DNA from: the human T2T-CHM13v2.0 reference genome, Homo sapiens
Strand: one strand, 5' to 3'
Assembly (NCBI RefSeq): GCF_009914755.1
Contig: NC_060926.1
DNA length: 64,000 nucleotides
Every line of letters begins with the position of its first letter. Within the stretch, counting starts at the first letter, position 1. The notes under the pieces were generated by a model, which worked only from the letters and a program-made list of their open reading frames with translations, did no database searches and had not been told where the DNA came from. Shown here piece after piece: positions 24,449 to 40,033 of this stretch. Both the position numbers and the translations under genes were made by a program.

Positions 24449-27400
24449 CTATATAGATAGATCCCAAGCTGACTTGAGAGCTTTGTCATGTTTCTCTTTG
24501 CCTAGAATGATGGCCTGTTCTGGCCAGTTGGCCAACTGTTTGTGAAACAGAATTGAGACTACCTGAGTCTACCATTGTTGGTAGGTTTGACCCCTGGCAC
24601 ACTCATTTCATAAAGAGAAAATATGTATTACCTGTCCCCTAATCTGGGCACACGTTGCCTGTAACAACAGCGATGGGCCAACCCTGTAACCTGTTTAGTC
24701 ATCTCACAAGTGCCTGTTCAGGAGGGCATCAAGCAAGAAATGACTGACAGCCACCCCTTTTCCCAGAAGTTTATGCCAGCTAGAAGATGAATGCTTTGTG
24801 GTAGCACTTTTGTTTCTTAATTATATAACCTGTTTATGACTTTAGAACTACAGCTGGTTAATGTGAGGATAACATCTTTGGCTGTGTGTCCTCAGGAGTT
24901 TGATAGCCCTTCCTTCTTACTGCTTGACCCATAGCTTGAACTAGGGCTAGCCACAAGATTCCAGTGAATTCCTGCTGGGCCCTTTGTCTCCTTCCTGTCA
25001 CTGAGGAGGAGGTCACAAATTGGGGCTGGCTTCCAAATGTGTGAAGAGGAGGTTACCGGTTCCAGTGAATAATAACTTGGACAGAACTGTGCCCCCCACT
25101 GCCTGTGGTTTGTCTTTGGAGGCTTCTGGTGTAGCCTGAAAGGAGAGAGGGGCCATCTGGGTGGGCCAGTCACCACCTTCAATTTCAGGGTCATCTTTGG
25201 CTCAATAACAAAAATGGCAGGAATTTCTATAGTGTTCATTACATGCCAGGTTCAACTTGGAGCATTTTACACGTATTAATTTAATCGTCACATCAACCCT
25301 ATGAGGTAGGACTGTTATTCCAAAGAGGGATCATACAGCTGGAAGCGGCAGAGCCTAAATTCAAACCTGGTTAGCTAGCTTCTATTATAGAAACCTCATT
25401 TTGTCTGAATGCCCAGGGGAGATTAGCCTCCTGAGGATTGATAAACCAAGGTCCCAAGAGCCCAAGGTGTAAATAAAATGGCAATTGGTTGATTTATACT
25501 GGGGTGACTGAACTACTTACGTGAGTTGCCCAGGGCACCCTGGAGTAATTCTTTAAGGGTGGTATTCCAGGCAATCTGAGTTGTATTGGGAAAGCAACTG
25601 ATGGAAAAACAGACCCTCTGCTTCCTGTTATGAGGACATTTTTTTTTTTTTTTTGCAGAGGCAATAGGAAGTTGAAGCCTCCACTTTTGACCTCATTGGA
25701 GCATTTTGTTTTTACCATGACGTTCCAGGGAGAATGCCAGGAAGGATCATGGGCAAAAAGAATTCTCTCAGTCCGCCTCCTTAGTGTGGCAGGAGGTACA
25801 AATTAATTCCTTTGTTGGGTCAGTATGATATTCACCTGGGATTCATCAGCAGTATGTAATCCATTTTATCGGGAACACTTGTGTGCGGGTTGCTAGGAAG
25901 CTAAGCTTATTACCTGGCTCTGGCTCTTAGAGCTGAGCCTGCTGGTGCTAACAGATTTGGGCCTGAGAAGTTTGTGGCCTCCCCTGGACTTCAGAAGGAG
26001 GGTGGAAGGTCCAGTAAAGTGTCCAAGGATGAGAGTGAATGGGGAAAATGACTTTTGTTCTCAGTGTTTCTTTCACCATTTATCCAACCTATCCCCATGT
26101 GTTTTTGGTATTTTTTTTTCTTTTTCAGGTAAGAGTTTAAATCCAACCTCCTTTATCAAGCCCCAGTTTATGAAAACTTTCTAGATTCACCAGTGTTAAC
26201 ACTAAAAACATACCAACACAACCAAAGGAAACACGTTGTCATGAATGGTGAAATACTTCTACCATCCAATTTGCCCAGAGTTTTATTCCCTTGGGAGAGC
26301 TTCTTAAAGATCTAGGAAGTATCTTTTGATGTACATAACTCAGAGATTAAACACACTTCACAAAGTATAGGTAGGCTCCACTGAAAGAAAGCTCGAAAAT
26401 TTGACTGTAAAAAAAAACAAATGTAGGTGTGATTGTTGACCTTGCAAAAGCTAACTCCTATTATAAAATGTTTACAAAAGAATTCACGAGAGAACTCCCG
26501 GGGTTGGCAAGATCCATTTGGATTGCCAGACGTGGTGACTGAGGTGCAGCAGTGCTAGGCAGAGTAACTGAACCCTGAAGTGTTAAAAAACAGCTGTGCA
26601 GGAGCAGTACCAGGGAACGTAAGACATCTGGAACACACACCCCCAGCCAGGGACGAAGTGTTCTGCTTCAGTATACATTAGACAACCAGTATTTTTTTTA
26701 GTACCTGGTACGGTATGTCTTCAACTTAATATCAGGTATTCCAGGGATAGAAAAAGACACAATCCTTGTTCAAAGAACTGCTGGTCCACCTAGGGAGGTT
26801 AGGCTAATAGGTGAACCAGAGAATGAAAATCAGAGGAAGAGATGAGTGGGCTGACTAGTAGGTATACTCCTACAAATTGGAGGAAACTGAGGCACAAGCG
26901 TTGAAGTGCCCCTTCCGGGTCACATACACGCTCATGTGCTCCCTCTCTCTCCCTTGCTCTCACTCTCTCCCTCTGTCACTCTCTCGCTGTCTCATAAGGG
27001 ACTTTGTCACAGGAATAAGAACCCTGGGTTCCACCTACCCCACAGGAGCACAGTGGCAAGGTCCCATCTGATTCAAGGAAATTGGCTTTGTAGGGTTGTT
27101 ATTGTGTGAAAAGGAGCAAGCCCTGTCCAAGGCAGATCTGGATGTTTGTGTAGTTCAGATCCATTTAGCTCCCTGGCCAGTGTTGATCTCTGCTGCTTTA
27201 AACCACATTAATCTCTGGGAGGGCAAACTGACCCATCACTATGGGAACCAGAGTGAGCCTGTGTCCTGGGTACTAGGTAAACACTGGAAGTCAGTACCTG
27301 GTAGACGCCATAGGCAGAAGCAAACTGGGGCCTTCCAAAAGCTGAAAATGATCAATAGATATGATTCTTGTGCATCCATATCCCAGGAAGGAGGGATTCT

Positions 27401-28099
27401 GTTTAGCTCTTTGAGCTAATTGTTAATTTTCAAATCTTGAAGACACTATTGAGCATGAAATGCAGATATTCAAATACCCCTTTCTCCTTGGTAGGAAATG
27501 GTACTAACAGTCTGCAGGATCATGGGAGTAAAAAGCGCAGTCTAAGCACATAGGCATTCATGGGGAGAGTATACGAAGTTAGAGGGTATAAAAGCTATGT
27601 GGATGGTTCAAAGATTAAGGTAAAGATGTGAAACCTAAAATCTCAATTCTCTAGAATGGGACATTTAGACTTCATGGGTAGAGGAGGACAAGAATCGGGA
27701 GTATGGGCAGTTAGACAAAATCAGAAAGAAGCGTAGAAGACTATGCAGAAACATTAAGAATGTAGTGGTGGAAATGTTACCTTTTTGGAAGATGGTATCA
27801 TGCAGAAGGTTTGAATGCATTTCTCTGATCTTTAATTCTACCAAAAGTGTCACTCTGATGTAAGAAAATATTTAGGTTGAAAAGGTGAGGAACTGGCCAC
27901 AGCTTTCCTAAATGTGGTTGACAACCTGTATCCAAGAGAACAGAATGAATTGGTCGATTTGCTGTGTCATGACATTTTAGGGATGTTTTTGGGATGTTTA
28001 AGGGATGTTTTTGAAGGGGATTTATAAGAGAGTAAATGAGACCCCTTAAACACAGAGATCTGAGGCATAAGAGCTGGTAATTTTAAAAGATACACAGCT

Positions 28100-28880
<781 letters not shown>

Positions 28881-29082
28881 TTCGTAGGTATATTTTACAA
28901 TAAGGCAGGGAAGGGGAACAAGAACATGAAAGCATCCAAACTGTCATAGGCACTAGCATTTTAAATGATGACATGCTCTCCAAAAATTCGAACTTTAACA
29001 AAAAACTGAGCTTGTGCACTACCTCTGTGTATCATTCTTTTGCCACTAAAGTTTCGATTTTCCTGTTCTTTTGGCAGTATGA

Positions 29083-29595
<513 letters not shown>

Positions 29596-30002
29596 TAACC
29601 TAGCCCAGCCTCACTCTTTCAGCAAGCAGCTCTGAGTTGGGGGGTAAACTTTCTTCACTGCCACAACATTTGTGTTTTGCAACATGTTTTTAAACCATGT
29701 TTTATAACTAAGAAGATGCCAAACATTTCATTTGGCAGTTTGTATTATGAAAACCATAGTTATCTTTCCATTTTCACCTATAAAGTGATGTTATAAATTG
29801 AACCTTTTAAACTGTAGATGTGTGTGTTCTTTCTAGATTCTGGCATATTCTATAGGGGACATAGCACTCACTGTGCTGCCCTCCCCACCTGCCACCACTG
29901 GTTGAAAATAACAGCTTTCCTTGCTGCCATCACATACGTAAATGTAACTAACATTTATAGAGTGTTTTCTATAAGCCAAGAATGATAATAACTGATGTTC
30001 TT

Positions 30003-30436
30003 TTTAAAAACTTTTAAGTTCAGGGTATATGTGCAGGTTTGTTACATAGGTAAACTTGTGTCATGGGGGCTTATTGTACAGATTATTTCATCACCCAGGT
30101 ATTAAGCTTGGTACTCATTAGTTATTTTTGCTGATCCTCTCCCTCCTCCCCACTCCCACAGGCCCCAGTGCATGTTGTTCCCCTCTATGTGTCCATGTAT
30201 GCTCATCATTTAGCTCTCACTTACAAGTGAGAACATGTGGTATTTGGTTTTCTGTTCCTGTGTTAGTTTGCTAAGGATAATGGCCTCCAGCTCCATCCAT
30301 GTCCCTGTAAAGGACATGATCTGGTTCTTTTTTATGGCTGCATATTATTCCATGGTGTGTATATACCACATTTTCTTTACCCAGTCTATCATTGATGGGC
30401 ATTTAGGTTGATTCCACGTCTTTGTTATTGTGAACT
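30003..30436 (-). mobile_element. L1PA (older primate) 3' end, 5'-truncated
   Basis: ttttaagttcagggtatatgtgcaggtttgttacatagg...gggcatttaggttgattcc; TSD taactgatgttctt / tagctaatgttctt (12/14). Followed by a MIR fragment at 30450-30640. Confidence 0.88.
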
Positions 30437-32921
30437 TAGCTAATGTTCTTATGGCACTTACTATATACCTGTCATTTTTTAAAGCTCTTTACGTATGTTG
30501 ATTAACTTAATCTTTGCAATAGTCCTGAGAGGTGGATATCCTGAGACACAGGGAGGTAGAATGACTTCTCCAACGTCACATAGTTAAGAAGTGGTAGAAT
30601 TGGATTTGAACCAAGGCAGTTTCTGTTCCATTGTCCTAGTGTTCATGATTCTACAGTGCTGTCTCAGATAATATGTTAAATTTACATGGTGGTTTCATCT
30701 TTTCCACAACTTTTTTATTTCCCCATTTTATGGATAAGCACATTGAGGTTTGGAATTTCATGTGACACCGGGGTGAACAGCAGGGGGAGCCACAAAAGTG
30801 GCTTGGAGGTGGGACCAATGAAGATCCTGTCTGTTCACTGCCCCCACTAACGCCACCCCTTGTGAAATGAAAAGGCCTCCCTGTATCCCTCAGTCCCAGG
30901 GTGAGTGGCTCCTGCAACAGGAAGAAGGAGCAGGTCCTAGACCAAGAGCTCAAGCAAGCCTGTTCATGCATCGCTAATTGCTTAAACATCAGGGAAAGGG
31001 GTTTGTCGTCGTATGGGTTTTTTTTTTTTTTGTGGGAAAGCTTTTCATACAATGCTGGCTGACTCCTGAGCCTTAAAGTAAACAACTACATCATCCTGTA
31101 CAGAGGGAGTCAGGAAAAGGAAACTAAGAAAATATCAAACTCCTGCAGCTTTTTTTGAAATGTAAGTGGAGGAGGAAATGATGTTTGGAGGGCATTTGCT
31201 GGGGTCCTTGTACCAGAAGACTCCATGAATAATGATCCTCTTCCCAAGCTGTGTATCTGAGTAAATGTTTCCCACACTGTCCTTTCTTCTAAATACCCTC
31301 TCTGTGACGCAAGGTGAAAAACCCACCCGCAAAACATGGCTAGAAGATTCTGTAAACCCATTAGAAAGTTAAGCTATTTCCCACCAGGGAGTAATGAAAA
31401 GCCTCACTTGCAAAACTGCTGGGTGACTGAGCTGATCACTCCCTGAGATCCCCACATCCTGGGAGGGCAGCATCCTCACTGCTGTCTCCATAGTCTAAGA
31501 ACATGGACAATATTCTAGGCATCCACCTTGAACATGGAGAAGACAGCACTGGAGAACCTTGCAGATATAGACACACTCAGAAAGACAGCAGACTTGTTGA
31601 AAAACAAGCTTATTTTCTCATCCATACAACAGATGTGAACCTCCTGTCTAACCCCCAGGTCCTTTAAACCCACATGGGGCACTCTGGAGTGCTTTCCTGC
31701 TTCCCTAGCTAAGTTTAAGTCTTTCCTGTCCTCCCAGAATACCCCAAGTAGTGGGGCGGTCCCAAATACCAACTTGGTAGTGGGGGTTAGAGAGAGGGAG
31801 AGACTGAAAGGACAGAAGACAAAATCATGAAAATCATGTGGCTGTTCCACCATGCCCCCCTCCCTGGGGATTCTGAAGTCCTGTCCCTCCTCCCTCTTGC
31901 TGTTACTTCTGAACAGCTATTGCATCTTTCAGGTGTGATTTGGGGATGCATAAGATCTAAAGCTGCTACCTTCAGGGTCTCTGAAATTAATGTCTCTTAG
32001 GATTGCTGCTATCATAATACTTCCCTGTAGCAACTTGTAATTATGTCCCAACGAAAAGGAATTATTCGCTTAAACGACTTTTCCCTTTTCCACCTTCTAA
32101 CCCACCATTTGTTTCTCCTAGCCCTGTGTGATGTGGGATAGTCCCTGTATTCCTGCACCACAAACTCTAACATCCTTGCAGTCTTGGTCATCCACGGAAT
32201 ATTTCTTCTCCGTGAAGACAGTTTTCGTTACGTGTTTCCTTTTATGATTGGTGGGACCTTCTCTGGAGTGTCTTGCACGGTCCTGTATACATCATTTGTT
32301 ACCTGGAGTGCATTCTATATTTAAACAACTCTGTCGTGAATGATGTACCATGCTCTATGTGAGTAGGGATGAATATTTAAATGGATTTCCCTTAAATACT
32401 ACTTTGGATAGTAACTGAAGCAATGGATTAGAGTGGGATAGCCAATTAGATTTTTATTTGAAATAAATCACTTGGGAAAGGAGCTTTACAAATAAACGAA
32501 AAGAACTTGCCCACTTTTGTGACCGTATTTTGAGACTTTGAGCACCACTCATGCCCAGCAAAATAAAATGTCAATATCTCCTTGTTCCTTTGTTGGCTCT
32601 CAGCCTGCTGTCTTCGATCTCACTGCCCGCTTTCTGGAAACATTGGCATGTGAATTCCTGCCTGTTCCCTCTGCCTGAGATGCCCCAGCCATGCCCCTTG
32701 ATTGTCCTGACCTCCCACTGATCATCTCACATCCCGCCTCTTCCACAAACCCTTCAGTTCATCCAAATCCCTGTAGCATTTATTAATTTTCCTTCTTTCT
32801 TGGCAGCCAGCATACATACCACGACTAGCTATTTAGATTTCTATGCACAAAAGTCTTATCTCCCAAAATCACTGTCAGTACCCAAAGGCAGACACACAGT
32901 CTTCTACCCCTTTACATTCTG

Positions 32922-32924
<3 letters not shown>

Positions 32925-32970
<46 letters not shown>
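32925..32970. repeat. (GT)23 microsatellite
   Basis: Read directly from the sequence. Confidence 0.97.
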
Positions 32971-32973
<3 letters not shown>

Positions 32974-34758
32974 AAAAACCCACTTACCCAGAGTAAAATG
33001 CTCATAAATGCTCATGCATCCTGTGGCAGTGATGGTAATGAAAGCCAGTGTGATTACACCCAGCAGGAGTCATTTCTGGAACTAAAATCGGCTGATTTAG
33101 CAGCTACCGTCAAGTTGCTAGTCCATCATGCTCCTCCTCTCAGCCCATGACTAGAGAATCCTGAATATCCCACATGCTCCTCACAGCCCCTACCAACTGG
33201 TCGCAATTTGCATGGGAGAGAATGCGAACTTATTTTTTTAACCTCTTCCCACCCACACAAACTCATCTCACAGCCTCTTAGCAATAGGGTATCTCATTTT
33301 GAACATTTACTTTTCAGACATTTATTTGGTTTTTTAAACTTCCAGCAAATATTAACAATGCCAGTGAATCCTGGTGTTCTCCTTTGCGCAGTGGAAATAA
33401 TACTTCCCTTAGAAGACTGCCGCAAGAATTTAGTTAAAACATGTATGGCCTTTAGCACAGTGCCTGGCATGTAGCACACATACAACTTTTAAATTGCTTT
33501 ACAAAGTCCTTTGTCCATGATCTTACTTTATCTTCATGGTGCTTTTGCGACAGGCAGGGTCCTGGGATATCTTTCTTTGACAGATGAGGAAATAGGCACA
33601 AACGATGAGCTGGGACTGGAACTGAGATCTTTCCAGAACCACGCCTGTGCCCTTCCTGTTCCTGACAATGTTCATTTTAAGGAGGGGAGAGAGGACAGCA
33701 TTTGTCTATGGAATGAGCCCTGGCACCCAGCTTCCGCCTGGGAAAACCGCCATCCCTCTCTTAAAATGGGCACGGGTTTGCTGGCAGGACTTGCCCTTAA
33801 TTATGGTCAGGCCACCTCTTTACCCCCAGCCTTCCAAAACCTTCCCGCTGGTTGTCCCCAGTTGTACAGTTTGTTAAAGTCTACCGTGTTTTTTTTCTTG
33901 CATCTCAGTCATCTCCAAAAGTTCCAGGATGACTTGGGAGTTTTTATTGGCTAGGCTGAAAAAATGCCCAGGCAACAATGGTGTGTTGATGCTTGGAGTC
34001 AGACTGGCTAGAGCAAGAAGTGATTTATGTAACTCTAGAAGGTCCTAATCGGGAAGCTGAGAGAAAGGGATGAAGCATGTTAATCCTCTCCATAATTTTC
34101 TCTTAAGAATGACTTTAGTTAGTCATGGGTAAAGTTTATCTTCCAAGGTGTGTGCTTTTGGGATATCGAAAGATTTCATGTTTCCCAGCTGAGACTTCCA
34201 CATCTGCAGGCTGCCAGTGTTTTCAACTGTGAGAAAAGAGCTCTCTTTCCCAAAAATTCATCATGGACTGGAAACACGGAGGTATAAGTTGAAGTAGCCG
34301 TCAGTGGTGCTTCTAAAGGTCAGGGTTTCATGTATAGAACTGGAGCCATCCAGTTGGAGGAGAAGCCCGTTCTCACCTGTAATCAGATGAAAAATGTAGA
34401 AGCATGAGTTGGATGGCCTCCACTTATGACGCAATGACAAGAAGTCAACATGTAGTATTTACAAAGATCAGTCATTTCTGGGAGGATTAGAGAGGAGAAA
34501 AGGTGAACCAAACATCACTTATGGACTTAGTCATATCATTTTCACTGATGGTGATGACAGCACGTCAACACATCATCATTTGGTGAGAGAGGTCTGGTAG
34601 CCGTTGCTCATCATCTTCCTCACTGGGCGTGGTGGTGGGAAGTCCCACCACAGTGGGTGGTTTCCTTGGCATTCATAGCAGAACCCCACACCCTGTCTTC
34701 TGATGGCCCTTGGACATGGATCTTGCTGTCTCAGTTGACTATTGCATTGTCCCTCATG

Positions 34759-34912
34759 GCAGGGTTCTTAAACATTAGTGTTTTTGGATCTCCCAGGGAG
34801 CCGGTTAATTGGCAAATTGTAGGTCCCACCCCTTGAGATACAGATTCAATAGGGCTTGGGGATCTGCATTTTAAAATGCAAGGTGGTTATTGGCCACGCT
34901 TTGAGAAATACT
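34759..34912. mobile_element. MER5A-like hAT MITE
   Basis: cagggttcttaaac...ggtcccacccc...ctgcatttt...tttgagaaatactg termini. Confidence 0.65.
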
Positions 34913-37119
34913 GCCTGATAGTGGCATAGACACCTACTGTTGGAGAGAGTTGACTTTAGAATCAATCAGCAAATGACTGCCCAAGGCACTGTCCTAAATC
35001 TGACTGGATTTGAAAAAGATCTGTAAGCTATGAGCCTTATCCTCAAAAGTGTACGTATGAAATGAGGTAAGCAGTGCAGGATTCGATAGAATCAGATGCC
35101 GGGCTGCTGGAGGAGTTCCTAGAAGAATGGAGAGTCAGGGCAACTGGGCATGGGAGGTGGCATTTCACCTGAGCCTGGAGGACTGTAGGATTTGCACTGA
35201 TGACTCAGAGGGGAAAGAGCATTTCTGATGAGAGGAACAAATTGAGGGGTCACCAGTGTGAGGACAACCTTGAGCTTGGGATTTCAGTCTGAAAGCCTAT
35301 GTTTCAGTTTAGAGAAAGCCGTAGGCTTTCTAATGTACCTAAAACAGGCACCAAGTCTAGGCAGATGGCCCCAGCCCACTGACAGTGGGTAAGGACATAG
35401 CCTTAAGCCATGCTGGAGATGACAACACTCTAGGCTTTTAGAAATTTGGCTCTGAAATAAAGGATGTCTTGGGGCATCCCAAGAGCCAAGACTGCGGTCT
35501 GTGAGAGTCCAAACCTGAGTACTTATACCTCAATGTTACTTGTAAAGTAGTTACAGATTTTCCAAGCACTCACTTCCATGTTATCCTTAGATAGGGGCTG
35601 TCACCTACCCCATAGGGTTGTAGGGAGGATTAAATGAAATAAATTGGGTAAAGCACTTACCCAACAGCACCAGGCCCATAGCAAGCATTTAATAAATGAT
35701 AGTGGTGATTAGGGCTCTTCCCCCTACTTTCGTAAGGAGGGGGCTGTGTGCCCGTGTTTGCATATTTGGTATTGTATTCTTCCTTGGTCGGAGTATCTTC
35801 CATTCCAACTCCTAATTTTGAAAACATTGCATATAGATCTCTAGCCACCAATCCTTCAAACCTCAAGCAACACCAGAATTGGCTGCTTCCTTCCGAAGAT
35901 CCTCCCTCCCACATCTAAGGACACCACAGTAACTCAGTCTCTGTCAGCTTCCCCTCCTGTAGCCTTGGGAGCACGCCGAGGCCATGGGCTTAGGAGAGGC
36001 AACCTAGCATGCTGGACAGAACCCAGGGCGGGGATCCTGTCTGGGCTCTGCTGCCCAACCACAGGGAGTCCTTTGGCAAATCAACTGCTCTGACCTCCTT
36101 TGGAGGCTTGTTGGGAAGATTAGAGATATTATTTCTGGCATAGTGCCATGCACGTATCAGAGGCCAAACAGTAGCCAGATTCATTACTGATGGTATGTTC
36201 TGAGGTTTGCACCTTTGCAAACCATTCTGAGACTGCTAGCTTGTTGGCATGCACTGCCTACACCTTAGAGTGATAGCCCTACTATGTGTGGTCTCTGTAC
36301 ATCTTGGTTCTGGGAAGGGGCTACAAATCTGGATTAGACCCAAAGAGTCCCTTCTCGAAAGCAGCCTGTGACCACATGGGTTGTACCTCTGAAGCTGAAG
36401 GTCTCACCCTTCCTCTTCCTTCAGACAGGGTCTCCTTTGCTCTGGCTCAGCAAAATCAGAATGACCCTTGATGTCAGGGCTTTCAAGCAGAGCACATTCC
36501 CAGCTTCCATCGTCCAGGTGTCCCCATACACCACAGGCCTGCCCATAGCTCATGACACCACACTTCAGGATTTCTTTGATACCTCTAGAGAAACATCAGA
36601 ATTTTTGAAGCTGGCCTGAAAGGCCAGAGCCTTCTCTGTAGCCTGAAGGATCTGAACTCCTTTCTCATAGAGAAAACAAGGTCCAGGTCTCCTGTGTGAG
36701 CAAGAAGCACAAAAGGCCAGGGCTTTGCTTGACTAGACCATACCCCAGGGCAGGCTCTTTTGTGCAGATGCTAACTTGAAACAGGACACTTTGTCCTTCC
36801 CAGTCCCTGCCTGCTCCATCCCCACCTCATAACTCCCCTCTTTAGTCCAGGGGGTGCCCTCCCAGACTTAGGGAAGGAGTGTGTGAAATGAAAAACCATT
36901 AGAGGTCTCAGCTCAAGGAGGGAATAATATTGTTGTTCGTAAATGTCTGCTGAACATTTGTCATGTATTTGGCATATGCCATATATGTGCGTGTGTATAT
37001 AGTAGATGGTAAGGTAAATATAAATTACTATATATGGTGTATATGGCACGTTATATATAGTAAGTGTATATACATAAACATAGCCTAACACCATGGAGGC
37101 AAACAAGTTATAACAGATA

Positions 37120-38230
<1,111 letters not shown>

Positions 38231-39984
38231 AGAGAAAGTTGTAAAACCAGTGGAAGCCTGGCTGTCCCCCATCCTCTTCTCCCAGTCAGCTACCTTGGCC
38301 CAGGCCCTGGTAGATGCTGACTCTCAGAAGCTCCCAGCAGCTGCCAGGACGGACCCTCCTCCTCGCCTGCCTTCCCACAGCTGGCGTCCAGGACACTTGG
38401 GTTCAGCCCCTTCATTTGCTGACTCAGATTTTCCTGTACCCATTCCAGTGATGACTATCACTCTGCCAGGGCCCCCTCCCAGCCACAGACACCCTCCCCA
38501 GACATAAGTCTCTGCGGTCTGCAGGAATTCTCTTTCCGCCTTTCTGGAACCACTGGAATCCCACAGACTGGGGTGGACAGCTATTCTTATGAAAAGTGTG
38601 GCTCCATTTCTGGACTAAACAGGCGTACTGGCGCTGAAGATAAGGATCCCAAACTCCAAGTCAGGCCTATCTGCAAGCAAAGTCTCAGCCTCGCTCACCT
38701 CTTCCCTTCTTCCATCAGTCATTAGCCCTGTGTGAGAAAGCAGGGGTGCATTGTTACCATATGACATGGCAAAAAGGGATTACCTGCTAATGCCATTTGG
38801 TTTAGTGATGCCTTGTTACATAAACTACTCTGGAGGAGTTCAAATATCCCTCAGGCGAACGCTTCCATCCCCAGGTTGGTAACACTATAGCTGAGTATTG
38901 TTTTATTTGCCATTTTTCAAAAGAGGGAGAAACATACCCAAGCCATTATCCAGCCTACCAATAATACATTTCAAGAAAACAACCGCAACTCCCAATCCTT
39001 TCTTCTGAGGGCAGGATGTTGTAGGGCTATTGTTCCTTCTCAGGCCACTCTTCAACCTACAGAAACTGGTCTGGGCTACAGTCAGATTACAGGGGGTATC
39101 AGGAGGCCTTTGAGAGTCAGGAAGAAAGTCTTACAGACAGAAGCCCAGCTCTAGCAAAGAGGGAAAGATCACTGCCTTTGAAGCTGGATACATATGTGGC
39201 CTTTAATTTGAGTGCTGGTTGGTTGTCGTTGGGCAAGTGACTGAAACTCCTTGATGCTTATTTTCTTTATCTTAAAAACATAAAAAATAAATGAGGATAA
39301 GATGATGATGACCATCATAGGGTTGTTTTAACGCTGGGATGCAGTGATGTGTGTGCAAGCTCCTGGCACAGCAACTTAATACCAGTCTCCTCTGTCCTGT
39401 CTTGCATCTGCTGAGGATGAAGAAGGAGAGCAGTTGAGTGTGGCCCTGCCTGGCTGGGGGCCCTTCCTCTATAGTTATCTTCTTTATAAGCCATTTATAG
39501 TCTTGGTATAATTTTAAGGAAAAAAAATCAAGGCGCTACTTTGCATTTAAAATTCATTTTTGAAACATACTGGCAGCAAACGCCACACTATTGCAGTTAG
39601 GGAAGACAGGAGAGCAAATGTCAGGTCTTGGCAAAGTGGGGTGGGGAATTTTTTGAGTGTGACATTTGAATAAAGAAATCTAAACTAGGAAAAAAAAAAG
39701 TTTTCCCCGATCTTATCATGGTACAATGAAGAGTTGTATAAAAACTGTTTGTCCCTGCTGCATGTTTACTTACCCATGGGCAGGATATCTCACGGGCCAA
39801 AAGTTCAAACTACTGCTAGCTCCCAAGCAATGTGTGAACTTAAAATGAACTGGCTTCAGAAGAGGCTCGAAAAATGATTTGATCCACAAAGGTTCTCACC
39901 TCCCAAATGTTCTACCAATACTTGTCATGGTCTTTGGTGTAGTATTAAATATATACAATGATGGAATTAAGGCATAGTAACAAC

Positions 39985-39986
<2 letters not shown>

Positions 39987-40032
<46 letters not shown>
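39987..40032. repeat. (CA)23 microsatellite
   Basis: Read directly from the sequence. Confidence 0.97.

Positions 40033-40033
<1 letters not shown>

Noticed and set aside
27976-28022. Short tandem gggatgttt x3, and spaced repeats generally, as a CRISPR-like array
   Set aside because: Simple slippage repeat without unique spacers; the context is a eukaryotic intron.
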